Shown piece by piece: positions 12,076 through 25,304 of a stretch of DNA of 64,000 nt (the first letter of the stretch is position 1; the number at the start of each line of letters is the position of its first letter). This stretch comes from Camelus dromedarius (Eukaryota). The translations under genes and the position numbers were made by a program. The stretch lies in the NCBI RefSeq assembly GCF_036321535.1, contig NC_087437.1:86988001-87052000 (forward strand), given 5' to 3'. The notes under the pieces were generated by a model that searched no databases, had not been told where the DNA came from, and saw only the letters and a program-made list of their open reading frames with translations.

Positions 12076-14979
12076 GAGTCATTCTATGGGTGAAATTTAT
12101 TTTTAATTGAAATATTTCTTATAAGAATACAAATACAAGAAGGCTGGGAGGGAACAAGAGGCCCATAAGTCACAGAGTTAATCATCCTTCGGGAAATTTT
12201 TCTAAACTTACTCGGCACCATGAAGTCCTGAAGACTCCAAATGCTAAAAAATTTCTTAACTTGTGGTGTCACAGTGAACTTGCTCACGGCTCTGTCAATG
12301 CATTCCTCTTTAAAACTTTTCTTAGGTCATGACATAGGATTCAACAGGTATTTTCACTCCATGGTCGCTAGTAATATGGGTTTTGTGAAAGCTGGTATCA
12401 AAATGCTTTTCAATTTCTCTTCTAAGGAGACATAACTTTTTGGCAACCGAGGGTTGAATTATTCCTTGAGTATTTTCTTCCTTCCAGACCACTGTAATGG
12501 CAATCTCTTGAATCAGAGACATGCAATGAGTCCAGAGGACAGACAGAGAAGTATAACTGTTGATAGTTCATAACTGAACACTGGGTTATTTATTTATAGA
12601 GGAAGAGGAAGAGATTGTCTCTCATTGTCAACAAAACCTGAGCCACTGACTGCATCTAATGCAATAATGGAAAAGCAAATCACAACGGGGAAGCGAAGAT
12701 GTCAGGCTAAGAAAGGTTCCTTTGTAAAGGGATCTGGTTAGAGATGGGGCTTGTGTAGTTCACAATGTGTATTTGAATCACACAGTCCTTGTGCGTGCCA
12801 AATCTACTGACAGACATGGAAGGGATTCATTATTTTAACTATGGTGTTTTTAAGCTACATTTACCATTATTCTGCAACTAAAATATGACCCATCCTTAGA
12901 ATCAGGAAGTCAAAACTTCAAAATTCAACTCCTCAAGGATCTGGTTTGGTTCATTTGTTTTTATTGGGACTTTCCTCTTTCTGGGTTTGGGAATTTCTAA
13001 TGAACCTCTGAGGTATCTCTGTGGTTTAGAGACTGGACAAGTTAAAGTAATAACAAAAAGGCCTCAGTATTTCTTTTTCTAAGTGAGCCAAAGCTTTTAA
13101 AAATTATCTCCATGGGAAAATATCATGTAGTAAATGGTTGAAAGACTTTTCCTTTGAATCCGGCATGCCTTTAAAAGCATTCTCTCTTATTTTTTTGTAC
13201 CATTCATTATAATGCCCACTTAAGAACATTTCCGTCTCAGTTTTTTCAGAAGTGAACATTTCTATTAAATCCAGAAACACTCGGGTTTGAATGAACATAA
13301 TCCTTCCTAGCTTAATGTTCTCCATCTCCCCACCCCTACCCTGATTTCCCCAACATGTTGTTCTCCGGAATTTCCTGTTTTGGTCCCAGGACGCACCATT
13401 TTTACAGCCCAAACAGTTGAAATTTCAGAGTTACACTTCTTTATATATTCTCCCTCACCAAGAACCCTGCAAGCCAATCAACTTCAGCATCTGAAAGCTG
13501 CTGAATTTTCTTTCTACCCAGTTCTAATTTTCCAGACCTGCTTCAGTTCAAATCCTTGCCGTCTTTCGCCAGCACTGGATTCTGTGCCTTTCCTCTCAAT
13601 CTTTCCAGAACCTTTCCTTTAATTTTCTACACATTTTGATGATTTATCATTTTACAAAGCAAGTGAGCTATTAACCCTCCTCTCCTTCAAAATCTAACAA
13701 TTTCACATCAGTTTTCCTAAACCAGTTAACTAAAAAATAAGCTTCAAAGGAAAGGTCTAGGAATCTATATTTTTAAGAATTTGATATCAGAAAACTCTTA
13801 AGACTGTTCATACGGAAAACTGTGGATGACAAGAGGATATGTACTTTGAAATTCATTGCATTATCATTTAAGAGTCCTCATTAGACTGCAACATACATAT
13901 CAGCTTTATCATTTATTGCTCTCCTTTCAAAGCAAAATTTTAAAGACAATTCCTTGGTCATCTGCCTACAATGGTACTTGCTATATACTCCCTGTCTGGA
14001 AAACTCATCTCTTTCCTTTTCCACCAGAAAAATCTCTTCTACTCATTGTCCTTAGAAATCCATTGCTAATATAATTCCCCCATAAAGCTTTTTCTGAGTC
14101 CCTTAGGCAATAATCAATTCCTTCCTCTGTTCTGATGTATAGTGGTTGTTCCTTCTCTTCTTATTTATCCCATCCCATTGTGTGGTAATTACACAATTTG
14201 CTTAACAGTGTGTCTTCCCACTAGATTGTAAGTTTCTCAGAGTCTTTAGTGCTTAGCATCAGAACAACCTTGCATAAATCTAGTTACACAGTTTGGTTAG
14301 CTCTGCAATAAAATGTACAATATATTTTGCGGCTAGTTCCTAAGAAAAATAATCCTACTTAGATCCTGATTGATTATTAACATAATAAAATGCAAACAAA
14401 GATGAAAATTATAATATGTTAAACAGAGATAACATTTTTTATAAAATTATATCATTCTCTTCTATAATAAAGAGAAAAATAATTTTCTAAACCAAATCAA
14501 TAGTGCCAAGAGAGAAACATTCTAGACCATACATTGAAAATAAATTTTGAGCAAGATTCCTCCCTTATCTTTTGTTTAAAATAGATTTAATATAATGGGG
14601 GGAAATTCTGGCCAAAATTTTAGCCTTTTCAGCTCTAAATTTCTTTAAAAAAAAAAAAACTCTAAAACTTTAATTATTGAATTTTGAAGACCCCAAGGTA
14701 CTTTTAAAGAGTGGAGAATATAGTTACAATTTATAATCTCATTCCCATCCCAGCATGGAGCATTAAAAGAGAAAAATAAACAGTAGTAATATAAGTTTCA
14801 TTTCACATATGTTTATTGCATGAATTCATCAAAAGAGATGGCATTTTTCATTTTTTCAATTAATCTTCATATTTATTTTTTAACATTAAGTTCTCCTTCT
14901 TTGAATATCATTCAGTATCCTCACAGAATCTGATCAATCTATAAATACTTTGGTTTTTTTTTTTTCAAAAAAACTAGTT

Positions 14980-15877
14980 CTTTCTGTGTTTCTTCTTTAC
15001 TCTCACACTCCGACCATACTTACAACACTTCTGACACTTCTGGTCACTAAACATGTGGGCTTCCCCACACCAATCAATTCTGCAACACCAGTTGTTGGGT
15101 GTGCTATAATTTAACTCAATTCTGACACTATCTACTTGACGATAATGTCAGATTCCACACTTTAAGGGCTGCCACAAGACTGCTCCTCCCTCACCTCAGA
15201 TGTCAATCACAAGTAGGAGCTCCCCAGGTAACCCACAATTTCTGCAGGACCTGGCTACAAATTGGAGGTTTCCGTGACTCCTTGATCTGTTTCAATTCAT
15301 TTGCTAGAGTGGCTCACAGAATTCAGAAAAACAGTTACTTATGTTTACCAGTTTATCAAAGAATATGATAAAGGATAAAGAAGAACAGCCTGATGAAGAG
15401 ACATAGGGCAAGGTCTGGGAGGGTCTGGAGTGCAGAAGCTTCTGTCCCTGAGGAGCTGGGGTATGTTCATCCAACCCGGAAGATCTCCTAACTCCATACA
15501 CCTGGGATTTTTATGGAGGCTTCATCATGTAGGCATGACAGATCATTAACTCCATTTTTAGCTTTTCTCCATTCTCAAGGGAATGGGGCAGAGCTGAAAT
15601 TTCCAGGCTTCTAATGAAGGTTTGGTCTTTCTGGTGACTAGCCCTTGTCCAGGAGCCATTCAGGAACCCATCCTGAGTCTTCTCATTAGAACAAAAGACA
15701 CTTCTACCAATCAGGAAATTACTAGGGCTTTGGGGATCTGGTGTCAGGAACTAGGGTCAAAGGCAGAAGGACAAAGATGTTCCTAGTACTCTCATCATTT
15801 AGGAAATTATGAGTTTTAGGAGCTCTGTGCCATGAAAGGGTACAGAGACCAATACATGCATATTTTCTATGATCTCA
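14980..15877 (-). mobile_element. MER21-family ERVL solo LTR
   Basis: Collinear similarity to 43468-44336 (ccacaccaa.caattctgc; gttttaggagctc.gtgcca; gacc aa(a)tacat) and to the recalled MER21 consensus. Confidence 0.8.
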
Positions 15878-16354
15878 TGTGTGTGACATGGCTTTGACAT
15901 TCTATGAGGGTAATCAGAGGTTTCTAAATATGCTTCATTGTGAAAGAGGTTAATATTAATAATAAATACTTATTTTTAAAACTCTTATTTTAGAATTGAT
16001 TAATTCTAAATAAGAAATTATGTAGATAAGGAATAACAAAACATTAGAGCAAATAAAGGTTTCTTCATAACTAATTGTCCTTGAAAAATGCAGTATACCA
16101 GCAAACCTGTCATAAAATATTGAGATTCCCAGAGAGATTAGATACATTTACAGCATCAGTACATTTTAGAAAAAGATAATGTTCCTTGGATTTGCGGAGA
16201 TACGCTACAATAGTGTTCTCTCTTTAAGTCCTTTGGAGGGCTGTGAGGATTCTCAAATGTCTGCCATTTCAGAGTCTAGTGAGCCCTAAACAAGGACATC
16301 ATGCATTGATATACAAGGCAATGAAAATGACAGATGGTTCTTCACCTAAGTATT

Positions 16355-16377
16355 TGTGTGTGTGTGAGTGTGTGTGT

Positions 16378-16415
<38 letters not shown>
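16355..16415. repeat. (TG)n microsatellite with two GA interruptions
   Basis: Read directly from the sequence. Confidence 0.97.
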
Positions 16416-16416
<1 letters not shown>

Positions 16417-17879
16417 TGTTTAGCCTAATGTTCTCTTTACAAAGATAACATGATACTATTGGAGGGTCTGATTGTGTTTTAATATGAGATAACTGAAATT
16501 TAATTACATCTAGGGCATTCTTTTTCTTCATCATTACACATGAAGCATAAAGTACTCTCAAAATTGCTACACAGATGGACATTTAGCTCTGTATGCATTA
16601 TTTTTAAATACACAATATTCTTTATTTCTGAAAATCCATACTTTACTATTCTAAGTATTTCCCTGAGCCTAAGTTTAGAAAAATGCATTCCAGAGATAAT
16701 ATAAACAATCTACATGGAAAGCATAGAAACTAGCCTCCCAGAGAGACAAAAGTTGTTTGAGAAATTCCTCACTTCATAAGATTTCTAAATATCTTAAAAT
16801 TTCCAGAAGATACAACTTGGCTTTGGGAGTAGCAATATGTCTGAATCCAGACTTTTTCAAAGTTTTCCTTGGATAAGTTTCCTAGTTATTATATTTAGAG
16901 AATTTATATTGTTGGAATTTTAATATCCTAAGTTCTCAACCAATGTAGGATTGTTTATTGTTTATAACAGCATCCTCTCCTCATTGCCTTAATTCAGTGG
17001 TTTCCACAAAAGAAAGACAATAAAGTAGAAACTTCAAAACCAAAGTTAATAATCAAAATTTATATACTAAATATGAAGCCTTGGGCAAAATCAAATGATA
17101 TCTTTAACAACTTCTTAGTACAGACAAAATTATATTAGTACAGATGGCGCCAAAGTTTGAGAGGGGCAGCTGTTGAATGTAGCTAATGGACACATGGTGG
17201 TGGGGAAAGGGTGATGGTACAAGATCAAGCCCAAATGAAAGAAGAGAAAATTTCAGCCAAGAACGAAGAGGCTAACTACATTGTAAGTTTCTGTCTGTTT
17301 TAAAGGGCTGCTGAGATAATAGGTCTGCTCTGACTCAGAGTCCTCTGGGGGTAGGATTGCCACATTCCAGCACAGGGCAGATGGAACTAAATCTGGACTC
17401 TGGTGGCATTCTCTGCGGAGCTTGTAACAAAGGCCCTGCTGCAAGAGGGGATAGACACAATGTTTAATATACCTTTAGAACAAAAGAGAACTGCCACTTA
17501 ACCAGTTTCCACTTTACAGATAATAGCAAGAAAACTAGTCTGAAAGGCTACACTCTTGGTTCTTGGGTTGCTTGGTTCATATGTTTAAGCAGAACAGGAA
17601 GGAGGGGAAAAATGACATTATATTATGTATGTCACATTCAGATACCAGATAAAATATGTACTGGCCTTTAAGTAAATCAAATTTCTATTCACAAACTATA
17701 ACTACAGAAGAAAAGGGGACACTGGTAGAAAAATTCTATGCTTTCACCGGGGTAGGCATGTTTGTTAAAAGTCATCTAATTTTACTTACAGTTAATACAA
17801 TTCACTACATATAAATGTGACCTCAATTTAAAAAGAAGTAAAAGATACAATTTGCATAATTAAATCTTAGTATGTCACA

Positions 17880-18430
17880 CTATTAAATATATTTTCTTGT
17901 TTTCTGTTTTACTGATGCTCCGGCATCTGGAGCTTTGCTGACTGTGGATAGACTGCCTCTTCCAGGTTCGCCAGTTCTTAGAAAGAGCAAAGACTGGCCC
18001 AGGGCTGTGCCTTTCATCTCACAAACCAATCGGCCCAGTGCCTTCTCTATCTGGCCCTAACGCTCTAGCAGGCTGTGTTCCTCTGCACTAAGCATCCCCA
18101 GACCCGGCACCGGACAACCAGAGAAAGTCCTTACACCTCAGAGTCTACTGCCGTAATGACTCAAACTAGCCAGTCCCAAATACACTTCCCTTATCTCGCC
18201 TTGCCTTGCCTTTCTTACAAAACCACAATAAAGGCTCTTGCCTGTGCTTTCTCCTTGTTCCTTCTGACTCCTGACTGACCCTGGTGTTCCTCTGTCTGGT
18301 CCTCCATGTCGTGGCATGCTGTCTCCTCTTGGGAATTGTAAATAACAAACTATCATTTCAATAGCAATCATCTCCTTAACCTTTGGCCTCACTACACCTG
18401 AATAATAATAACTACGTTATAAAATGATCA
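17880..18430 (+). mobile_element. ERVL solo LTR of the MER54/MER73/MER74 type
   Basis: gactgcctcttccagg...tgcctttcatctcacaaaccaatc...aaaccacaataaaggctcttgcc motifs. Boundaries are approximate. Confidence 0.7.
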
Positions 18431-19361
18431 CAGTAGTAGAATATCATCTAGAAGTTTTTTCCAACAAGTAAAAGAACTCTTCTTGACAGAGAGCTAATGA
18501 GCTATCTATAGAAATACCCGGTATACACACAATCTTGCTATAATTTTTTTTGGTCTAAACTTCTTCAAACCCAGAGATCTCCAACATGCACTGTCTTTGA
18601 TGTTTAAGCAACACCAGGCTTAAAACCTACCTGTAGCAGCTTTGATAAAGCACAATTTTAACCTATTACACTATTTAAGGGATAGGTACTTCTGCACTTA
18701 TAGGCTTATTATCTATTGAACACCTGTGTCTCTGCTCATTAACTCCATGCTTAGATAGTTACATACTAGACACTAAACATAAGCTGACACTTATCTGGAC
18801 CCACTCCTCATTGGTACCATCCAGGCCCAAGGTAAATAATTTTGTTCCGTTTTTGCTAGATCCTTTCATTTTTACAAGCAAGGAAAGAAAATAAGATGGA
18901 GGTGCTACCACAATTGTATCAGTCCAGAATTCTTTCAGGCATCATATATAAACCCTGTTATACCAGGCTAAACTGGGGTTTGTGTTACAGGTAATAAATA
19001 GCTAGCTTTAACTGAGTTACCAAAATTTGAAACACATACACACATGTACAGACATACTTATGCGTGCATTTGTATGAATTTAAATGTGGCCCTACAGTAA
19101 CTTCACGATTTACTCCTGAAGGAATGACAGTTGTCCTTATAAGTATCACACGCATGAGTGAGCAACCATCACTTTACTCTTCACTGTTGCATGAATCATG
19201 AATTTTTATAGTGCATTATCCCCCCATAAATGCACACCATACAAGTATACGTTGCATCTAAATAGTAATGATCCTGTGTGTGGAAGCAGAACAGAATGTT
19301 GAGAAATTCTGCGTAGCATGTGGCTTGTACATGCCCAGCCCATATGGCTTGGATGTGTCTA

Positions 19362-20069
19362 GCAATTCCACCGTGAATGCAGCAGAGACCAAATGAAGCA
19401 GGGAGGGAGGTCCTTTTTCAAATTCATGTAGGTTGATCCCTTCCTTTAAGGAGGTAAAAGCTCAAACCTCCCAGAACAGGAAATCTGCAAAGTCTGGTCA
19501 AACATTTGGAAATCAGAGTTTTGAATTAGCTCAGAGCTTTTCAATTTACTTACATACAGAAAGACTCATTGGCTTGGAAAAAAAAAAAAAGACAGGGAGT
19601 ATTCCAGAAAAGAGAACATTTTTGGTGGGTCATTATATATAAAGTAAAATATTTTGATGACCTGAAATCATCTTTCTGAGTGGTCCTACTTCCCTGTTAA
19701 CCTTGATGCTAGGAACTTACTTCTAATATAGATACACTCTTAAAGAACACGATAGTCTTTATTTGTTAATTCAAGAGAAATCACCTGAGAGAGTTTTAAG
19801 TAACAGGAAAAAGCTAAATGCACTTGACAATTACATGAATCCTAATATTCATTCTACATCTTCTCAGAGTATGCATCCCAAAGCCATGATCAATTAAAAT
19901 TTAACAAATTAATTAATAAAAGAAGATGTGTTTATTAATATCTTCTTGTCTAGCTGTTTGTCAGATGCAGGTGGGGATATGCTAATTTGGGTCTGTTTGC
20001 ATATTTACATAAGCAAAATTCCTCCCTCCCTGCTTCATTTGGTCTCTGTTGCACTAACGGTAGAATTGC
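19362..20069. repeat. 49-bp inverted repeat (arms 19362-19410 and 20021-20069; 45/49 matches) with a 610-bp spacer
   Basis: gcaattccaccgtgaatgcagcagagaccaaatgaagcagggagggagg versus cctccctccctgcttcatttggtctctgttgcactaacggtagaattgc. Confidence 0.95.
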
Positions 20070-20984
20070 CAACAGAGACTTAGAGTCCCCAAAAGCAATC
20101 ATACTTGAAAAATTCCTAATTTGGCTGTAAAATTCTCATTGTCCATGCCTGCAGTTACTAATACACTTCCCAATCTCTTTTTGTCCCATATCACTTGATT
20201 AAGAAGTTCAAACATTTAGTTTCAATAACTAACATTTCATTCCCCACAAACAGAGATTCTTAAAAATGTACACAGAAAACAAAGGAGAAATTGCAGAGGC
20301 AGACTACCTGCTGCTTAATTTCCATGATGCCTGTGGCTTGACCTCTTTAGTTCCAGGAACAGGATTAATTTATCTAAAGGATTTTTGTCAAATACCTTTT
20401 TAGCTAGCCATGAATTTTGGAGTAATGCTAGTTCTCAAGTCCATCTAAATAAGGAAAATGCATCAACACATATTTTTGCAATTATGTAAACTTCACATAA
20501 TCGACCTTAGAATTTTGAGAACTGGAGCGGATTAATTTTTACATGCACCATAAAAATTTTAGCACATTAGAAAAAAATAGTCTTAAGTTGTTCCATTTTT
20601 GGATTGCATAAGAAAAGCAAAAAAAAAAAAAAAAGAAAATTATGTGGCTACAAATACAGTAATACTTGTTTCTTTTAAGAATTTGGCTTTTATTTCAATG
20701 TGTACATTTAGGTTCCTGCGTTTCGAATTTCCAATAGCTAACCAAAAAATGTCTTTTGCCTACACAGAACAAGAATTCTCATATAATGCTGCATAAATGT
20801 CAGATTTTACAGGGGACACTATGTTTTAACTAAGGTGAGGAAAAATTCTAAACATTCATTCCCAAGCTTGTGAACTGAAGTCACTTTGTGTTGGGTTTTA
20901 GTTATGAAAAATTACATTCAACTCTTGTATTAGAATTATATTAAAAACTGTCTTAAAATGCAGTGATGGGTTCATTATCATTAC

Positions 20985-21120
20985 CTATTGGGGGGATAAA
21001 AATATTCTAAAACTGATTTATGGTGACAGTGGCATCAGTCAGTAGCTACTAAAAATTTTTGAATTGTATACTTGAATTGGGTGGATTTCATGAGATGTAA
21101 AATATACCTCAATAAAATAA
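20985..21120 (+). mobile_element. Old L1M 3' terminal fragment
   Basis: gggggataaaaatattctaaaactgatttatggtgacagt...gaattgtatactt...aaaatatacctcaataaa. Confidence 0.75.
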
Positions 21121-22689
21121 TATTTCAAAAAAGAATAACTTGAAATAAAACATAGTATACATTATTTACCAGAATTGAGAGCTAGTTAAATCCATTGTAT
21201 GACTTTGAATGATTTTGAACATTTTTTTTTGCCATGTTCCATATATTTTATCTAATTTTCAGACTTGTTTGTTGAAAAAAAATCTGTGTAAATTATTACA
21301 CAGAGAGGAGAACTGGCCTGATCTGTCAGATTTCTTCTGGAATTGAAAAACAATAAGCCCAGGATCATTATTATTCACATTGCACAGTCTGTGGTTTAGC
21401 TTTAGAAACATGCTTTTCAAGTTAAATTTACTTCAAAATGCACCTAGCTGGGAAAAAAATGAGGGAAAAATGCTGGAGGCGAAGAAAACTTGAGGTTTGA
21501 GAAGCCTGGCAGTCCATTCTCCAAACACGACTGAGTTTCCCTACCCTTGTTACATTCTAGGGGTCTCACAGTTGGTTTTCATATATACGTTTATGGATCT
21601 ATGTATACACCTTGCTTTCCTGGATGGCTCAAGTGTGGTACTTTTACTCTTTGTTAACCTTAGGAATAACTGACTGTCAAACTGATTTTGGGCTCTAATG
21701 GCTTGGTTTAATCCTCTGAAAAGGGATCCTGAAATAAGAATCCTCTAAGACCAGACATTGGGTTCTAAACAATGTATAACATTTGCAAATGGGTACATGT
21801 GGAGTGAATATTCTATTAACATTTGTGTTCAATATAAAGCCTCCAATGCAGAGGTAATTGCACATAATCAATATAATGTATGTGTTCTCTTCATTCATAA
21901 TTTTTTTTAAATGTATAAAGTTAGGTTGGGAAATGCTTTTGGTAATTCACCAGTAGCTTTCTAGTGAAATAGTGGCTCATGAAATCAGATAAGAAAAAAA
22001 AATCAACCCAAATAAAACAAAAGTTTTGAACAACAAAAAAAGAACATGTCCTTATTACAAAACCCATAGCAATTAAGCTTATAATAAAGGAAGTAACTAC
22101 AAGAACTACAGACACAGAAGGAAAATTGTGAGAAAATTTCTCCAACACATTCCATGAAAAGTCAGCAGGGTTTTACAGGAAACAATCAACTTACTGTAGA
22201 AAGAAAACATGCAACCAAAGAATTTATTCAGCTAACATCTATAATTTAACAAAATAACATATGTTCAAAGTCACTATTTGAAGACAAATTAAAAGGCCCT
22301 ACGGACTACAAATTGCTAACTAGCAATGCTCATTTAGGGAAGCGACGAATCACGTTGATGACAAAATATCTCAAGAGTGCCTACTGCAAAACTGGCATCT
22401 GAATACTTAGTGTCAACTTTATTGGTGCCTTTGAAATCTTAAATCGACAAATTTTCAACCCCATATAAGGAGGCTATGTTTATAGTATTAAATATGAATA
22501 TAAAACTATAAAAATATTGAGGGATACAAATATTTTATGAAATTTGAACATAAATTATTTAAATCACATAACTCATCAGATAGGACACTAGTGAGAAAAT
22601 TATATACCTATAGTTGATAGTTAAAGAAAACCACTGAAATGTAAAACCTGAATGTACTAGTTTTAAAAACCCAACACACAAAAAAATTT

Positions 22690-22787
22690 ATATGTACACT
22701 CGATATATAATATATGTACTCTCATATATGTATGTATATACATGTACATATATACATATTTATGTGTATATATTTATATACACACAC
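22690..22787. repeat. Degenerate (TA)/(TATG)/(CA) low-complexity tract
   Basis: Read directly from the sequence. Confidence 0.85.
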
Positions 22788-23489
22788 CCTATGTAAAGCT
22801 CAATTACTGATCATTTAATATATTAGATTCACACATTATTTTATTTAATTCTAATAGCAATCTTAACAAAATAGGAATTATTTTTGATTTCAGAAAAAAA
22901 GGAGACCCAGAATTAAAAATATTAAGAACTTCAACTAAAACATTTAGCAAGTAGTGGTACTCCCATTCATTTTCACATACTTCTCTCATTTGAATTTCTC
23001 CCATTAATATTTTCCAGTTACACTTTGTAATATAAACAATAAGATGATTTCTATTTCAATTTTATAGAAATTTAAAACTGGTAAATCTTTAAAGAAAAAA
23101 AGCTAGTGATGAGTACTTATTTAATCCTATACTCTTTCCCTTTCCTACTATCTTACTGAAATAAGATTAAGAAATATTCAAGTCGTTCTCTAAAAAGACG
23201 CTTGAGACAGCAGAATTTTATTTATCATTCAATAAAACAACGTTATAGTTCTCCTTATTGTGGTTCAACGGTCCTTTCTAAACTAATAATGCAATAAATA
23301 TCTCTTTACATATCTCTGATTAATTTCTTGGTAAAAAAGTAAGTATCATAAAATGAGTTTATTCCAGAAGAGTTTGTGTCCGTTACCGTCTGGGCGTGGT
23401 GGAACGGTTAAAGCCACGTACAATGGTTAAAGCTGTGTAATGGAGCCTACCCGTGAAACACTCTCATCGCTAGAGTTGGGTTTCTTTAC

Positions 23490-23995
23490 AAATTACTATC
23501 TGATATCCCGTGCTCCCCTAATGCACATGGAACCTATCATCTCAGTTAGAGATTAGCTGATTTGAAGTACTTCCATCCATTCAGGACACCTAATGGGCAT
23601 ATTTTGCCGGCATCCCAACAAAATCCCTTTGGAATTTACTATTGTAGGTTAAGGTTCCTATTTCAAGATGCCAGCACCTCACTCATTTGACTGTGGGCTT
23701 TCTTTGGCCTTTGGAGTCAGCTCTGCCCAAACATATCACGTTGGAAGTTCTAAGAGTTAATTCTCCCTTCAGTTACCCCTCATCCTTTGGGCGGCCCTCA
23801 GGCAAGGACTGGTAAGGAGTCTATGTATAAATATCCAAGCTTTCTCTTCTCTGCAGCAAATGTTCTATACTGGTTCTTGCTGTTCCACAGCAGAATTAAA
23901 TTCCAGTCTCTTCCAGAGTAACATGACCAATACCTGACCCTTCATCGGCTGCCTTCCTTTCCCTATGTCATGTTCACATTCCCCTACTTGTAAAA
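23490..23995 (+). mobile_element. Ancient ERVL LTR, LTR16-like
   Basis: Motifs ggccctcaggcaaggactgg and tgccttcctttccctatgtcatgttcacattcccctac resemble the recalled LTR16 consensus. Confidence 0.5.
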
Positions 23996-25267
23996 GAAGG
24001 CAAACTAAGACTTCTAGAAGAAGACAAAGTAACGCACCTTGGGTCTCTGAAGATACTCAAAATATTGATGAGAGCTGAGACCATCTTGAGTTCTATTTAG
24101 ATTTTCAAGACACTTGGACAATTTGTGCCTACTCTAGTTACCAGCAAACACTGTCAACAGGAAGTCCTGGTATCCATTAGGTCTGAGCTTAGGAAAACCA
24201 AACACAGACACACAAAAGGATATAATAAGTGCACAGATACCCAGAGCTAACACACACACACACACACATTTGTAAACACACATATTCCTACCTCAGCATC
24301 ATCAGTGCCTCAATCTCACTCTTGAAAGTTGAAAGTTGTAATACAGATAATATTAGAAATTATTTGAGTAATAGGACTACAGTCGCTACAGTGGGGTAAG
24401 AAGATGGTTTGTGGTGTTATACCGTGGTTTAGTGGACTCATTTTCATTCATTGAGGCCCCTATTTTTCTGTCTACTCTAGGTAGATGTGACTCTTCTGAA
24501 CCAAATGGTTATTTTTCTGTTTTTTTTGTTGTGTTGTGTTTTTTAAATTCTGTCCTTCTAAGCTCAGAATATAGCATTTCTAAGTTAGAAAAACAGAGAC
24601 ACTTAATTATTTAGCCTTTCTTGGGGATTCCCCGGCAAACCAAACTACCAAGGCAAATATCATATCATGACAATGAGCCCTCAAACAAGAAATACACATC
24701 GCAATGCAGACCAGACTCATGCCATTTTTTAAGTGAAGTACAGAGAACAGAGCTCCTCTGATCTGTTGCACCTTGCTTTCCTGTTCTTTGATGACACTGC
24801 TAGAATATCTCATGGCTTCCTGCTCACTTTCCATTATTCATGCCCATGGTACACCATTATAAAACAGCAATTTCCTGAGTGAGAGAGAAGAAACTCTGCA
24901 CTTTTATTCCTTCTTTCTCTCTTCTGATATTGGGGGCACCATGGAGAGGTTGTAGAAAAATGAAAAAGTTTATCCTTACCGTGCACACAGTTGCACTGCA
25001 TTTGTTGAGTTCACTGTTTTCTTGGCTGATACCAGGCTTTGGGATTGTTTTCTGACCTCCTATATGTGCTCATGACTTTTTCAGAGGACTCTATAGGTCT
25101 CTACACTGCAGGGACCCATTTGGAGCCATTTAAAACACCTTCCAGAAATCTGGCCCTAACTGCCTGCAGTTCTCTTTTGAATGAGGTCTATTGGTGCATT
25201 TTCCCCCCTATTTTGTGATCTTACTTGCCAATTTCCAAACAACAGAAAAATATCTTGCTGAACTTCA

Positions 25268-25269
25268 TA

Positions 25270-25303
<34 letters not shown>
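25268..25303. repeat. (TA)n microsatellite
   Basis: Read directly from the sequence. Confidence 0.95.

Positions 25304-25304
<1 letters not shown>

Noticed and set aside
12084..12540. Several overlapping short ORFs as a possible processed pseudogene
   Set aside because: The translations match no protein I recognise, and no poly(A) tail or TSD is evident. A tBLASTx search would settle it.
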